The translations under genes were made by a program, and so were the position numbers. This document shows, one piece after another, positions 53,108 to 63,616 of a DNA stretch of 64,000 nucleotides. Every line of letters starts with the position of its first letter. Within the stretch, counting starts at the first letter, position 1. The stretch is from an uncultured delta proteobacterium (GTDB lineage: Bacteria; Desulfobacterota; Desulfomonilia; Desulfomonilales; Desulfomonilaceae), in contig CAWBKB010000003.1 in the NCBI GenBank assembly GCA_963789265.1, positions 1 to 64,000 of the forward strand, read 5' to 3'. The notes below the pieces were generated by a model. The model searched no databases, was not told the origin of the DNA, and was given only the letters and a program-made list of their open reading frames with translations.

Positions 53108-54106
53108 ATGAGTGATCGCTACGTCGAGTTAGCGAAGCGAATCGGACTGGGTCAATCAAAGAGAATTGCAGGTCTCTTTCAGATCATTGCCGACCCGGCC
53201 GAGGCGGACTTACTATTGGCATTGCCCGGGAACACACCGGTTGCGGCCCAAAAACTGGGACGACCCGAAGATGAGGTCGCCGGCATGCTCCACAATCTTT
53301 TTGTAAAGGGCTTAGTTTTTCCTTCATCCAAGACCGATCCTCCGACTTACAAGATGTGTAGGGATCTGGTTCAATTCCACGACGCGTCCATTCTGTGGCC
53401 TGCTGCTCCTCAGGAGTTTCTGGATTTGTGGAGAGACTATATGGAATCTGAATGGCCGGATCTGGCCAAAGCGGTCAGCAAGAGCGTTCCCCGGCCGTTC
53501 ACACGAGTTATACCCGTTGGGATTTCTATTCAGGCTAAAACCCACGTGCTGGCCTTTGAGGACATAAAAGAAATAATTGAGAATTCCCGAAACATCACCG
53601 TGACCAAATGCACGTGCCGTTTGAGCATGCACAAATGCGACAAAAAGCTGGAAGCGTGCTTGCAGATCAATCGAGGAGCCGACTATAACCTGGCACGTGG
53701 AACCGGCAAGCAGCTCACAAAGCAAGAAGCGCTCGATTTGGTGCGGCAGTGCGAACTGGATGGTCTAATCCACGTAGTGATGAACAAACAGGATGTGGAC
53801 CAGTTCATCTGCAACTGTTGCCCTTGTTGTTGTCAAACAATGCCGGTTCTCATCGAACACAATATAAGTGTTATCGAACCCAGCCGCTTTGCGGCGCAAG
53901 TTGACGCCGATCTGTGCAGCTCATGCGGAACCTGCTTGGAGAGATGCTATTTCGGAGCAATAAACCAGGAGGATGACGAGACGGCAAAGGTTAATCCTGA
54001 AAAATGCATGGGGTGCGGGCTGTGCCAGGTCACCTGTCCTACCGAGGCTCTTTCAATGGTTGAGGTCCGCCCGTGGGATTTTGTCCCTGAAAAGCTCTTC
54101 GGATAG
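53108..54106 (+). CDS. 4Fe-4S ferredoxin-domain protein with an N-terminal wHTH-like region
   Basis: CTCR, ICNCCPCCC and two CxxCxxCxxxC motifs. Confidence 0.88.
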   Translation: MSDRYVELAKRIGLGQSKRIAGLFQIIADPAEADLLLALPGNTPVAAQKLGRPEDEVAGMLHNLFVKGLVFPSSKTDPPTYKMCRDLVQFHDASILWPAAPQEFLDLWRDYMESEWPDLAKAVSKSVPRPFTRVIPVGISIQAKTHVLAFEDIKEIIENSRNITVTKCTCRLSMHKCDKKLEACLQINRGADYNLARGTGKQLTKQEALDLVRQCELDGLIHVVMNKQDVDQFICNCCPCCCQTMPVLIEHNISVIEPSRFAAQVDADLCSSCGTCLERCYFGAINQEDDETAKVNPEKCMGCGLCQVTCPTEALSMVEVRPWDFVPEKLFG

Positions 54107-54294
54107 CAAACCGTTTGGACTCCCTGTCTATATAGGCTTCAAGCGAGTTCAATCAGGGAATATGCTTGCCGTCGCCGGCAGGAAAAATGTTCATAACGGC
54201 TGCCGTGTGCGAGGGCCGGAAGCAATCTTGGTTGGTACTGAGGGAACGCGATTGATGCAGCGGACGAATTTGTCGAACGATAGAAGGCTGATTT

Positions 54295-54964
54295 TCACGT
54301 TCGTCGGTGTCGAATAATTTCCCCGGTTACCATGTACACCACGTCCTCGGCAATATTGGTTGCATGGTCGGCAATGCGCTCCAGATGACGAGAAACGAGG
54401 AACAGATGCGTAAAAGCACTGCGATTATCTTGGTCGGTTTTAAGTCTTTCCTCGAAGTCCCTATGTAATTTGTGCTTCTTGAGGTCTATGCGATCGTCCT
54501 CTCTAAGGACCTCAAAAGCCTCGCTGCTGTCCATGTTCACAAACGCGTCCAGCGTCTTGCGCAACATGCTCACCGTTTCTTCGGCCATTACGAAGTAATC
54601 ATCCGGAACATTTATGGGGCGGACTGCATTAAGATCTATGGCGATTCTCGCAATATTCGCCGCCATGTCACCGATGCGCTCCAAGTCCTGATTGATTTTC
54701 AGAACACCGACAATGAACCTCAGATCCGCGGCCACTGGTTGGTGTAGGGCAATAACTTCCAGACATTCCTCGTCGAGGTCGATCTCCAGCCTATCAATTT
54801 CTTGATCGCCCTCGACCACCTTGCGAGCGAGTTCCGTGTCGCGGCTGACCGAGAGCCTTGACCGCGAGCATGACATTTTCTTCCACACGGGTGCCAAGCG
54901 CCAATACAAGGGTCTTCAATTTTTCGATTTTTCGGTGAAGCCTGTGCCGAACTGTAGGGATCAT
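54295..54964 (-). CDS. phoU: Phosphate signalling complex protein PhoU, 5' frameshifts
   Basis: QPVAADLR, DLERIGD and HLERIADHATNIAEDVVY. Confidence 0.92.
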
Positions 54965-55149
54965 TGCTTCCTCGGTTAGCGCAAATTCTGTCTCTGAGCC
55001 AAGTTCAGAGCATACTTCTCTTTTCCCTCTCGGTCAACCGTCATTTGGTTGTGTTAAGAAATCCGAACAACAAGAGAACGAGGAAAATAGAGCCCGTGTG
55101 AATTGCAATCAAAGCCGGACGAGGTATGTGGCTACCCCTCCAAGGTCTA

Positions 55150-55506
55150 TCAGACGCTGAACTTCCTCTCAATATACTCCTTCAGGGCTACGGCATTATT
55201 TAACTTTTCGTTTTTTGCTGCAAAGAGCAAAGTCACAGTCCCCCTTGCCGCAATTTTGGCCAACTGGCTGAGCGCCTCAGATCGACCGTCCAACTCTTGA
55301 AAATACTGGCGTTTGAACTCTTCCCATTTTTCCGGCTCGTGTCCAAACCATTTCCGAAGCTCATCGGTGGGGGCAATTTCCTTAAACCAGCGGTCTATGT
55401 GTGCATCTTCTTTCTTCATGCCACGAGGCCAGAGATGATCCACGAGCGCCCTGTAACCGTCTTCCTTTTCAGGGGCTTCATAAACCCTTTTCACCCGGAT
55501 CGGCAT
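55150..55506 (-). CDS. DUF488 / YeaO family protein
   Basis: KRVYE..DGYR.LVD.LWPRG..KEIAP..ELRKWFGH. Confidence 0.9.
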   Translation of the reverse strand: MPIRVKRVYEAPEKEDGYRALVDHLWPRGMKKEDAHIDRWFKEIAPTDELRKWFGHEPEKWEEFKRQYFQELDGRSEALSQLAKIAARGTVTLLFAAKNEKLNNAVALKEYIERKFSV

Positions 55507-55862
55507 GGATCTCCTCTGCTATAAGCCGTGATCAAAATCGGACCTCTGCCCGTTATTCGGCAAAAGACCTTTCGATTCCGAACCAGAGGGCCGGTGGTGT
55601 CGGCATCACTATCAAACAAGACAGTGCAACGGAACAGGAGTTTCAAAAAAGTTCCGATGTGTCTCTAACTAGCGGCAAATACATCATAATCGTCACGATT
55701 CGCTGCCAGAATCACATCTTTGCTCTCTTTTGTCCAGGCCGCCCCTTATGCGCTTTAAGCACGTTATTTCTGCGAATATGTGTTACACTGGAGTCTATTA
55801 AAGACCAGCGGGTCAATTCGGCTCGTTTTAGCCGAGATAGGTGACATTCTTGGGGAAAATCT

Positions 55863-57161
55863 ATGGCCAATTTCACAAATCGTGATCAGTTGTCGCTATT
55901 TCATGTTGAAACTCCTTCGCATATATTACCTACGAACCTCACCACGACGCGACACCCTTTTCATAGATGGTTTAATTTCGTCGCGGGATTCTCGCCAGAA
56001 TTTGTCGCTGAATGTATATCAGGCGCTGGTTTGAATCACAGAGATCAAGTGCTAGACCCGTTCTCAGGTTGTGGGACCACTCTTGTCGAGGCCAATCTGG
56101 CGGGGATTTCTTCCTTTGGATTTGAAGCCCACCTGTTTCTTTGCCATATGTGTGAATCAAAACTTTTGGTGGATGCGGATCCGAGAATAGTCGAACAAAT
56201 ATTTGAGGAGATAAGTGGATTACACATAGATGTTGCTGCATTTGAACCTTACTCATCAGATGCTCTCATCTATCTGAAAAAGCTTGTGCCAGAGGAGTCC
56301 CTTTCATTTCTTGTTGCAGCCCGGCAGCAAGTTCAATCCTACCAAGGGCCTAAATTGGCTATTGGCAAAATGATGCTTTCAAAAGTGCTTGATCTCTGCT
56401 CTCACTCAAAAACAGACGGTATTTACAAGGCCCCTACGTCAAAGAAGAAGGCAATGAGCTTTATTGAGGCGTTGAAGTCGGTAGCCGAAACTGTTGTCGA
56501 AGACCTGAGATATGCTAAGCACCGAGGTCTGGTGAATAAGTCAAGAGTTGTGTGTCAATCTTCCCAGAACATGTCCTGTCTAGCTACAGATTCTTGCGAT
56601 CTTCTCGTGACTTCGCCCCCTTATCTAAACAACTTTGATTACGCAGAAATGACGCGAATGTATCTTTACTTCTGGCTCGAAGCTGCTAATTGGGGAGAGA
56701 TAACGGACAAGGTAAGAAAGAAATTGATTGTTAATACTACTACTGCGCTTAAAGGACATAAGGACAAGATTGATTTCTATCGCAGCGGAACGCCAGAGTG
56801 TGTCAGAAAAGACCTGGACGGGTACATGCTTGAGTTGATTGAGAAGCGAAGAGTGAAGGCAGGAAAGAAGGAGTACGACTATTTGATATATCCTTACTTT
56901 GCTCAGATGACCGATGTCCTAAGAAGCACAATTCGGGTACTTAAAAGGAATGCGCCAGTTCATCTCATAGTGTCCGATGCCGCTTTATACGGTGTTCACA
57001 TTAGAAGTGAGGTCATCTTGGCTAAAATTATGGAGACTTTGGGTTTCGTAAACGTAAGAATCGTCAAGCTCCGAAGTCGTGGAACGCGTTGGATACTGGA
57101 AAAGAGAGAAGGGTCTGACAAAGGACTTGGAGAATATCATATCTCAGGTTGCGCATCTTAA
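55863..57161 (+). CDS. N4-cytosine-type DNA methyltransferase
   Basis: HRWFNFVAGFS, VLDPFSGCGTT and VTSPPY; AT-richer than the flanking genes. Confidence 0.92.
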   Translation: MANFTNRDQLSLFHVETPSHILPTNLTTTRHPFHRWFNFVAGFSPEFVAECISGAGLNHRDQVLDPFSGCGTTLVEANLAGISSFGFEAHLFLCHMCESKLLVDADPRIVEQIFEEISGLHIDVAAFEPYSSDALIYLKKLVPEESLSFLVAARQQVQSYQGPKLAIGKMMLSKVLDLCSHSKTDGIYKAPTSKKKAMSFIEALKSVAETVVEDLRYAKHRGLVNKSRVVCQSSQNMSCLATDSCDLLVTSPPYLNNFDYAEMTRMYLYFWLEAANWGEITDKVRKKLIVNTTTALKGHKDKIDFYRSGTPECVRKDLDGYMLELIEKRRVKAGKKEYDYLIYPYFAQMTDVLRSTIRVLKRNAPVHLIVSDAALYGVHIRSEVILAKIMETLGFVNVRIVKLRSRGTRWILEKREGSDKGLGEYHISGCAS

Positions 57162-57177
57162 ACACAGAGGTAAGGGG

Positions 57178-58209
57178 ATGCCGGAAGTTAACGACTCCCT
57201 GTACAACGTGGCGAAGGCGGAAATCGAACGGCTTACAAAGGTCTACCTTAGTCTTGTTGAGGATACCCACAACTTCAGCGAGGTTACGACCCAGTCTTTG
57301 TCTTCAAGAGAAGCGATAACCATACTACTCGCCGGTATTGGAAGTCTCTCTGACCCCGTGAAAACCACGGAGAAGGAGGCGGTGAACGAATGGGAGCGAC
57401 GAATTGCTGTGCCTTTTGACATCGAGACCAGTATTACCGCTGGAGTGTATCTCAGGCTTAGAGAAGTGAGCGCTGCATATTATGACCAACTGATTTCTGC
57501 CACTGAGGGATTCACGAAGTTCGAGCCACAATTCATACAGGCATTTCCTCGTTATCTACCTTTGCTGCAGCATATCGGCGGGATTTTTAGTAAGTCTAAG
57601 CTAAAAGAATTGGTTGGATCAGTGTCGGACTCCAAGATATCTCCAAAGGCTGCGGTTAGGCTTGCTTCTCAACTCTCGAAGCGAGTAGATGCGGAAGCCG
57701 TCGAAAAGGCAGGCATATTGGCGCGCATGAGCGGGACTTTAGAAGGAATGGTCCGAGACTTAGTAGGGAAGATACTACTTGAGAGTGTTGTTGCCAGTGC
57801 CTTTGAGGTGGCTGGAGTTCAATTTCAGAGGGAGAAGGATTACGATAAGTTAGCCGGTGTGGTCTATAATTTTAGGGCTGATTTTGTGGTACCAAACGCC
57901 CAGACGCCAAGAGTTTTTGTAGAGGTAAGAAAATCATCGAGTCGTCACGCATCCCTGTATGCGAAAGATAAGATGTTTTCAGCAATCAATTGGAAGGGAA
58001 ATAATAAAGATTTGCTGGGGGTTCTTGTAATCGACGGCAATTGGACTGCAACAACCCTGGATGTTATGGCGAGAGTCTTCGACTATGTGCTCCCAATCCG
58101 AGCCTCCACAAAAGTAGCAGAGATAGTGTCAGCATATGTCAACGGCGATGAGTCAAAATTGAAGTGGCTCATAGACTTTCGTGTTGTCAAGAATACCCCA
58201 AAGCAATAG
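57178..58209 (+). CDS. Putative type II restriction endonuclease, PD-(D/E)XK fold
   Basis: Directly follows the MTase; G..LE helix, ADFVVP and FVEVRKS catalytic-like pattern. Confidence 0.7.
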   Translation: MPEVNDSLYNVAKAEIERLTKVYLSLVEDTHNFSEVTTQSLSSREAITILLAGIGSLSDPVKTTEKEAVNEWERRIAVPFDIETSITAGVYLRLREVSAAYYDQLISATEGFTKFEPQFIQAFPRYLPLLQHIGGIFSKSKLKELVGSVSDSKISPKAAVRLASQLSKRVDAEAVEKAGILARMSGTLEGMVRDLVGKILLESVVASAFEVAGVQFQREKDYDKLAGVVYNFRADFVVPNAQTPRVFVEVRKSSSRHASLYAKDKMFSAINWKGNNKDLLGVLVIDGNWTATTLDVMARVFDYVLPIRASTKVAEIVSAYVNGDESKLKWLIDFRVVKNTPKQ

Positions 58210-58250
58210 GCAGATAGGAGCCACGAAATTCTGGAAGACGAGGGGGTAAA

Positions 58251-58421
58251 ATGGGACGCAAGAAACGCAAGAAGGAACGGCTAAAGCCCATCTCATTTTA
58301 TGGGTACGACGCCAGGGAAGTGAGTAGAGCATACATGCAAATTAGTCCCAAGCGTTTAAGGGAATTGCAACAGGAAGAAAGAGGGCTTGATAAGTTAACT
58401 GATCAGGGTGCCGATAGTTAG
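58251..58421 (+). CDS. Small basic hypothetical protein, 56 aa (not in the ORF track)
   Basis: GAGGGGG RBS, then MGRKKRKKERLKPISFYGYDAREVSRAYMQISP... Confidence 0.5.
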   Translation: MGRKKRKKERLKPISFYGYDAREVSRAYMQISPKRLRELQQEERGLDKLTDQGADS

Positions 58422-58438
58422 GGGGCAGTGAGACTGGG

Positions 58439-59971
58439 GTGAAAGAGATGGATAATTGGAAATTCAAGCCGGGACAAAAGATGTCTAACAATAATCCGTG
58501 TCACTGTGGATCTGGGAAACACTACAAGGACTGCTGCAAATCGAAGGACCGCCAAGAAGCGCATTCATCTATCAAGAGCAGGAATCTAGCATTTGCAAAA
58601 AGCATCGAAAGAATTCGGTGCCAAAGCGGAGCCCCTGGTAATTGGAAGGAAATTGGTGCCTTTCTCTCTTATCATCCTGAATACGTCAAGAAGATACATG
58701 AAGATAACCTGGATCTTTGGCAGAATGTGTCTTTTGATGATATTATGCAAAGTGGTGAAGTATGCATTGCCTCTGAAAATCAACTGGCTACGGTATTTTC
58801 CACTGATCCCCAACCGTATAGTCTCGTCAACAACATCAAACGGCTTTCAATCTATGTGGATAAGATCATAGTCATAGACCCGTTTCATAAGCCATCTTAT
58901 TACAATGAAGATTATAGTCCTCTGAAGTTTCCTGAGAGATGGGTACCCAATGCTCTAAAATTGATGTACTTTATGACTTTCTTGGAGCCTTGGATTCGCA
59001 ACGACACGGTTATCTTGCTCCCGAATCCGGGCGATTTCAACTTGAAGTTTAGAGATGACATGGAAAGACTAGCAGGGGAAAGGGTTGACAGGAATCCGAT
59101 CCGGATTGGTTGGGACGGATTGAAGGGAAACTTTTCAGTCCTCGTCGATATGGCCCGGCAACTGGCTCCTGATAGCGACGATAATATAAAGCGGATATTC
59201 ACCCAGGAGTGGGGTGAAACGTCAGAAAGAAAGACCGCAGAGTTTTTGGACTTCGTGAAGACAGTTCGGCAAACCGACCCGCTGGTGTTCAGGGGAAAAA
59301 TGCCTGAAAGGGGCTGGACTGAATGGGGTTCAGGAGTGGTTGCGGAGATGCACGTCAATCTGGCCCATTACTTTAAAGCATTTCCTTCTACCTTCTATGA
59401 ATTTGAATGGAACGGACTTTTGAGTGTCACAGAAGAATCTCAGATAATAGCAAATGAGTGGCTTCCATTTACGCGGACTCTGCAACATCTTTCCCTTCCC
59501 TTCTTTGATGAAGTAGACAATGAAATCGCCCTTGAGTTAAGAAGCGAGGGTTATCTATCAACCGTCAGAGACTTTATGAGACAAGCCTGGATTGAGTCAG
59601 GCGGCAGTCATAATGAGAATGTCATTTCTGACATGACCAAAGAATTGAAATCAGTCCACGATACCGCTATCAATCAATCAAAAAGCCTGGAGATTGATTT
59701 TTCCAAAGGAAGATGGGGAAAGTTAAAAACTGACGAGTCAGAAATTTTGAATGACCTCGGCTTAGGCATTGTCTACGGTATTATCAAGGGCTCGATACTG
59801 CTCCCCGCTGATCCACAGCAAGCGGCACTTCAAGTCTTGGGGTCTATAGTTTGGGATATAGGCAGATCCATAGCGCATAAAGTCATGTGGCCTCATTGGC
59901 AGTTCAAGAGAGTCATGAAAAATCCCGCCGCTTTATTTTTCATCAGATTAGATAGGACAAAAAGAGTCTGA
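58439..59971 (+). CDS. SEC-C motif protein
   Basis: NNPCHCGSGKHYKDCC zinc motif at the N-terminus; remainder unrecognised; low GC. Confidence 0.8.
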   Translation: MKEMDNWKFKPGQKMSNNNPCHCGSGKHYKDCCKSKDRQEAHSSIKSRNLAFAKSIERIRCQSGAPGNWKEIGAFLSYHPEYVKKIHEDNLDLWQNVSFDDIMQSGEVCIASENQLATVFSTDPQPYSLVNNIKRLSIYVDKIIVIDPFHKPSYYNEDYSPLKFPERWVPNALKLMYFMTFLEPWIRNDTVILLPNPGDFNLKFRDDMERLAGERVDRNPIRIGWDGLKGNFSVLVDMARQLAPDSDDNIKRIFTQEWGETSERKTAEFLDFVKTVRQTDPLVFRGKMPERGWTEWGSGVVAEMHVNLAHYFKAFPSTFYEFEWNGLLSVTEESQIIANEWLPFTRTLQHLSLPFFDEVDNEIALELRSEGYLSTVRDFMRQAWIESGGSHNENVISDMTKELKSVHDTAINQSKSLEIDFSKGRWGKLKTDESEILNDLGLGIVYGIIKGSILLPADPQQAALQVLGSIVWDIGRSIAHKVMWPHWQFKRVMKNPAALFFIRLDRTKRV

Positions 59972-60148
59972 ATCGGCGCCGAGTAGTAGAGTGTGAACCT
60001 TTGCTAAGTGCATAGTTCCGTTATTTTTTATGTCTTTACAAAGGGGTACACCTCATTAAACCGAACAGTGCCTCACGGTGAATGTGCCTGTATACATTGA
60101 TGGATCTGATCCGAACATTTGATTAATTGTGACGGGAGGGAGGTTACG

Positions 60149-61516
60149 ATGACACTAGTTGAACAAATGGCCTCTTTCGTCGTGCGGTCATCCTACGACG
60201 ACATCTCCGAGGGAGCCCGCCAGGACCTCAAAATCAGAGTCCTTGATTCGCTTGGGTGTGCAATTGGCGCTCTCGATGAAGGGCCCGTGAATCTCATCAA
60301 GAATCAGGTCGAAGATTTCGGCGGATCGCCTCTATGCACGCTCATCGGGAGCGGGGAGACCGCGCCGGATCGGGCGGCATTGTTCAACAGCACACTCGTA
60401 CGCTACCTGGACTTCAACGACAGTTATCTTGCCAGACATGAAACCTGCCACCCCAGCGACAACCTGGGATCGGTGCTGGCCGCCGCAGAGTACGCGGACA
60501 CGAGCGGTCGGGAGCTTCTCACCGCATTGGCAGTTGCCTACCAGGTCCAGTGCCGTCTCAGCGATGTTGCTCCGGTCCGAGCCAAAGGCTTCGATCACAC
60601 CACGCAGGGAGCTTACGCTGTTGCCGCGGGAGTGGCCAGGGCCTTGAGACTCGATGAGACAAAGACCGCCAATGCTATCGCAATTAGCGGAACAGCATTC
60701 AATGCCCTGCGAGTCACCCGAACCGGGACGTTGTCCAACTGGAAAGGCCTCGCTTATCCTAATACCGCCTTCGGAGCGACGCATGCTGCTTTTCTCGCAA
60801 TGCGAGGCGTCACAGGTCCTCCGGAGGTCTTCGAGGGCAACAAGGGGTTCATGGATGCAATCGCGGGTCGGTTCGAGATAAACTGGTCCACGGAAAATCT
60901 GGAACGTGTGAGACAAACGATTGTCAAGAAATTTAACGCTGAGATCCACTCTCAGGCGGCTATAGAAGGTATGCTCGCACTGAAGCATGAGCACAGTTTT
61001 ACCGCCTCTGATGTTGAGAAGATAGGCATCGTAATCTTCGACGTGGCTTATCACATTATCGGGGGAGGCGAAGAAGGAGACAAGACCGTTGTACGCACCA
61101 AAGAGCAGGCCGATCATAGTTTACACTATATGATTGCCGCCGCGCTTCTGGATGACCGGGTTATGCCGGAACAATACCGGCCCGAACGCATCCAGAGCTC
61201 CGATATTCAGGCTCTGCTCAGAAAGATTTCGGTCACCCCTTCAGATGAATACAGCCGACGCTTTCCCGACCAGGTCCCATGCCGCATTACGGTTTCGTTG
61301 CAGAACGGCACAGAAATATCGCGAGAAGTAACTGATTACGAAGGATTTCATACACGGCCCATGAGCTGGGAAAGTGCGATAGCGAAGTTTGTGGCACTGG
61401 CTGCCAAGCATTGTAATCAGTCTTTATTGGACGAAATTGTGGAAGCAGTGGCCGATCTTGATGCGATTCAGGTGTCGGACTTAACAAGACTTCTGAAGAA
61501 AATTCGCGAAAAGTGA
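60149..61516 (+). CDS. prpD: MmgE/PrpD family dehydratase (2-methylcitrate dehydratase-like)
   Basis: RYLDFND, HPSDN, SNWKG, AEIHSQ and ADHSL motifs; GGAGG RBS. Confidence 0.88.
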   Translation: MTLVEQMASFVVRSSYDDISEGARQDLKIRVLDSLGCAIGALDEGPVNLIKNQVEDFGGSPLCTLIGSGETAPDRAALFNSTLVRYLDFNDSYLARHETCHPSDNLGSVLAAAEYADTSGRELLTALAVAYQVQCRLSDVAPVRAKGFDHTTQGAYAVAAGVARALRLDETKTANAIAISGTAFNALRVTRTGTLSNWKGLAYPNTAFGATHAAFLAMRGVTGPPEVFEGNKGFMDAIAGRFEINWSTENLERVRQTIVKKFNAEIHSQAAIEGMLALKHEHSFTASDVEKIGIVIFDVAYHIIGGGEEGDKTVVRTKEQADHSLHYMIAAALLDDRVMPEQYRPERIQSSDIQALLRKISVTPSDEYSRRFPDQVPCRITVSLQNGTEISREVTDYEGFHTRPMSWESAIAKFVALAAKHCNQSLLDEIVEAVADLDAIQVSDLTRLLKKIREK

Positions 61517-61570
61517 CGCAGGAATTATTTCGGATCTTTTGATGATAATTTTGTAGAAGGAGGATGAACG

Positions 61571-62413
61571 ATGGTCGAACAGGAAACTCCGAGGGATGAG
61601 CGTGCATTTGCATTTCTGAGAATCAATGAGCGCCAGTCCAAGCCACGCGCACGAGGCATAACTGAAATCCGCGGTCCGTATTACACTCCGATGGGAAAAC
61701 GGTACTTGCAAGACATTTTGGAGACCATGGGGCAGTACGTGGACTCGCTGAAGTTCGCCGGCGGTTCGTTCAGTCTCATGCCCAGAGCGGTTATTAAAGA
61801 ACTCCTTGATATCTGCCACGAGCACAACGTTTTGGTCTCCACAGGAGGCTTCATTGAACATGTGCTGGCCCAAGGCCCTGATGCGGTCACTCGGTATATT
61901 CAGGAATGCAAGGAACTAGGCTTCGACATTGTCGAGATTTCCAGCGGCTTCATAACCATACCGGTTGATGATTGGTTGCGGCTGGTGGAGAAAGTTCAGA
62001 AGGCCGGCCTTAAGGCCAAGCCGGAGGTGGGGATCCAGTTTGGAGCCGGCGGCGCAACCGCTGTTAGCGAACTGCAAGCCGAAGGGACTCGAGATCCTGA
62101 GTGGACGATTATTCAGGCCAAGCGCTTTGTAGATGCCGGCGCGTACATGATCATGATCGAATCGGAAGGGATCACCGAAAACGTCAAAGTGTGGCGGACG
62201 GATGTTGTGGCAAAGATCATTAATGCCCTCGGCCTGGAAATGCCGATGTTTGAAGCCGCGGACCCGGAAGTCTTCGACTGGTACATCAAAAACTATGGGC
62301 CGGAGGTCAATCTCTTTGTAGATCACAGCCAGATCGTGCAGCTCGAATGCCTGCGATCCGGGCTCTGGGGAACCAAAAGCCTCTGGGGTCGTGTTCTGAC
62401 ATACAAGGGCTGA
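61571..62413 (+). CDS. comA: Phosphosulfolactate synthase (ComA) family protein
   Basis: KPR..GITE, LKFAGGS, EISSG, MIESEG, FEA, GPEVNL and LECLR.G. Confidence 0.85.
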   Translation: MVEQETPRDERAFAFLRINERQSKPRARGITEIRGPYYTPMGKRYLQDILETMGQYVDSLKFAGGSFSLMPRAVIKELLDICHEHNVLVSTGGFIEHVLAQGPDAVTRYIQECKELGFDIVEISSGFITIPVDDWLRLVEKVQKAGLKAKPEVGIQFGAGGATAVSELQAEGTRDPEWTIIQAKRFVDAGAYMIMIESEGITENVKVWRTDVVAKIINALGLEMPMFEAADPEVFDWYIKNYGPEVNLFVDHSQIVQLECLRSGLWGTKSLWGRVLTYKG

Positions 62414-62505
62414 GCATGATGAGGGCTTTTTTCACCCAACTGTGCTATTGTATGGGATCCGAAGACATTGGGCGCGGCTGAAATTGTCCGAAAGCTATCT
62501 TGACC

Positions 62506-62713
62506 AAACTGTCTCAAGACTAATTTGATGCCCGGAATCGTGCCACGATTGATCCTGGTGGTCATTTTCGGTGCCATCAGCCCAGCCCACTCTCATAGGG
62601 AGAGGGAGCTGTTCCAAGGTCTCTATTAGCGTCCCCTCGTCCTTCGGGAGAAGGTCAGGGTGAGGGAATGTCGTGTTACGATTGCGTCCGGTTCAAGAGT
62701 TTTGAGTCAGTTT
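62506..62713 (+). mobile_element. MITE copy 3
   Basis: Ends AAACTGTCTCAAGACT ... AGTTTTGAGTCAGTTT; interior closely matches copy 2. Confidence 0.85.
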
Positions 62714-63616
62714 CTGACGCCCAGCTTACCAAAGCTGCCTAGACTGCCGCGTGCTTCGATTTTCCAGATGTTTCCGTGTCCACCGCGTGCTAAGCGCCTG
62801 GGCAACCAGCCTTAGACTGATAGGATGGCCGTTTCTTCTCGTCGATCGTTGAGGGTGGACAATCCCTCGCCTCGCTTGCCGCGCTGCGGTAATTTCTGCC
62901 GGATGTCCGTGTCCACTGGATTATATGCCGCGTGGTTCCTTACTGTTGAGAACCGCCATTTAACACCCTTGCAGGCCTTACATCGGCTTCAAATCGAGAT
63001 AAGGTAGCTTTGACCGGATCCGACACGCTTCCTGAGCCGCGGGGGCAATTTGCACATGTCCGGGCTTTTTTGGCCCAGCCGTTTAAGATAAGCCCTCTGG
63101 TAACTATTTAACACCATTACGTATTCCAAATAATCCCCCAAAAAGCCGGACGTTCTTCGCCCGATGCATCTCACGGCAAACCTGAGGCCAGCGGACCGGC
63201 ATCCACGTAACAACTCAGCGATATCCTACACAATTTCTCACAATTTTTTACCGTTTCTCAGTTGGCATGAATCATGCTTACGATATGCTACGAGGTTGGG
63301 GACATCCTAACAAAGACATTTAGCGCGGAAGGAGGGCTGCTTCCCAGAGTCGGTTGCAAAACCCGGGTAATTACATGCAACTGTAACCCGGGCGACTTCG
63401 CAATTATGTGCCGTCCAATGTTGACTTTTTGGTCGCACTGTCACGGTGAATTGATGGTACTCTGTTCACAAATTGCTATAGGGTGCACCGTGACACGGAC
63501 TTGATGGCTTTGCTGGTTTTGCAACCGACTCTGGAATGACAACCCTCCCCGCAGGGGTCCGAGAGAAGAGCAATTGTTAGTTTGGGAGCCGTGTCCTAAA
63601 AGAAAGGAGAAAAAGT

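Noticed and set aside
58251..60055. IS1595-like element carrying the micro-ORF and SEC-C gene
   Set aside because: No transposase is present and I could not identify a matching pair of terminal inverted repeats.
62735..62810. ZMP/ZTP riboswitch suggested by CGCCTGGGCA
   Set aside because: The 5' aptamer consensus is not recognisable and no purine or folate gene follows.
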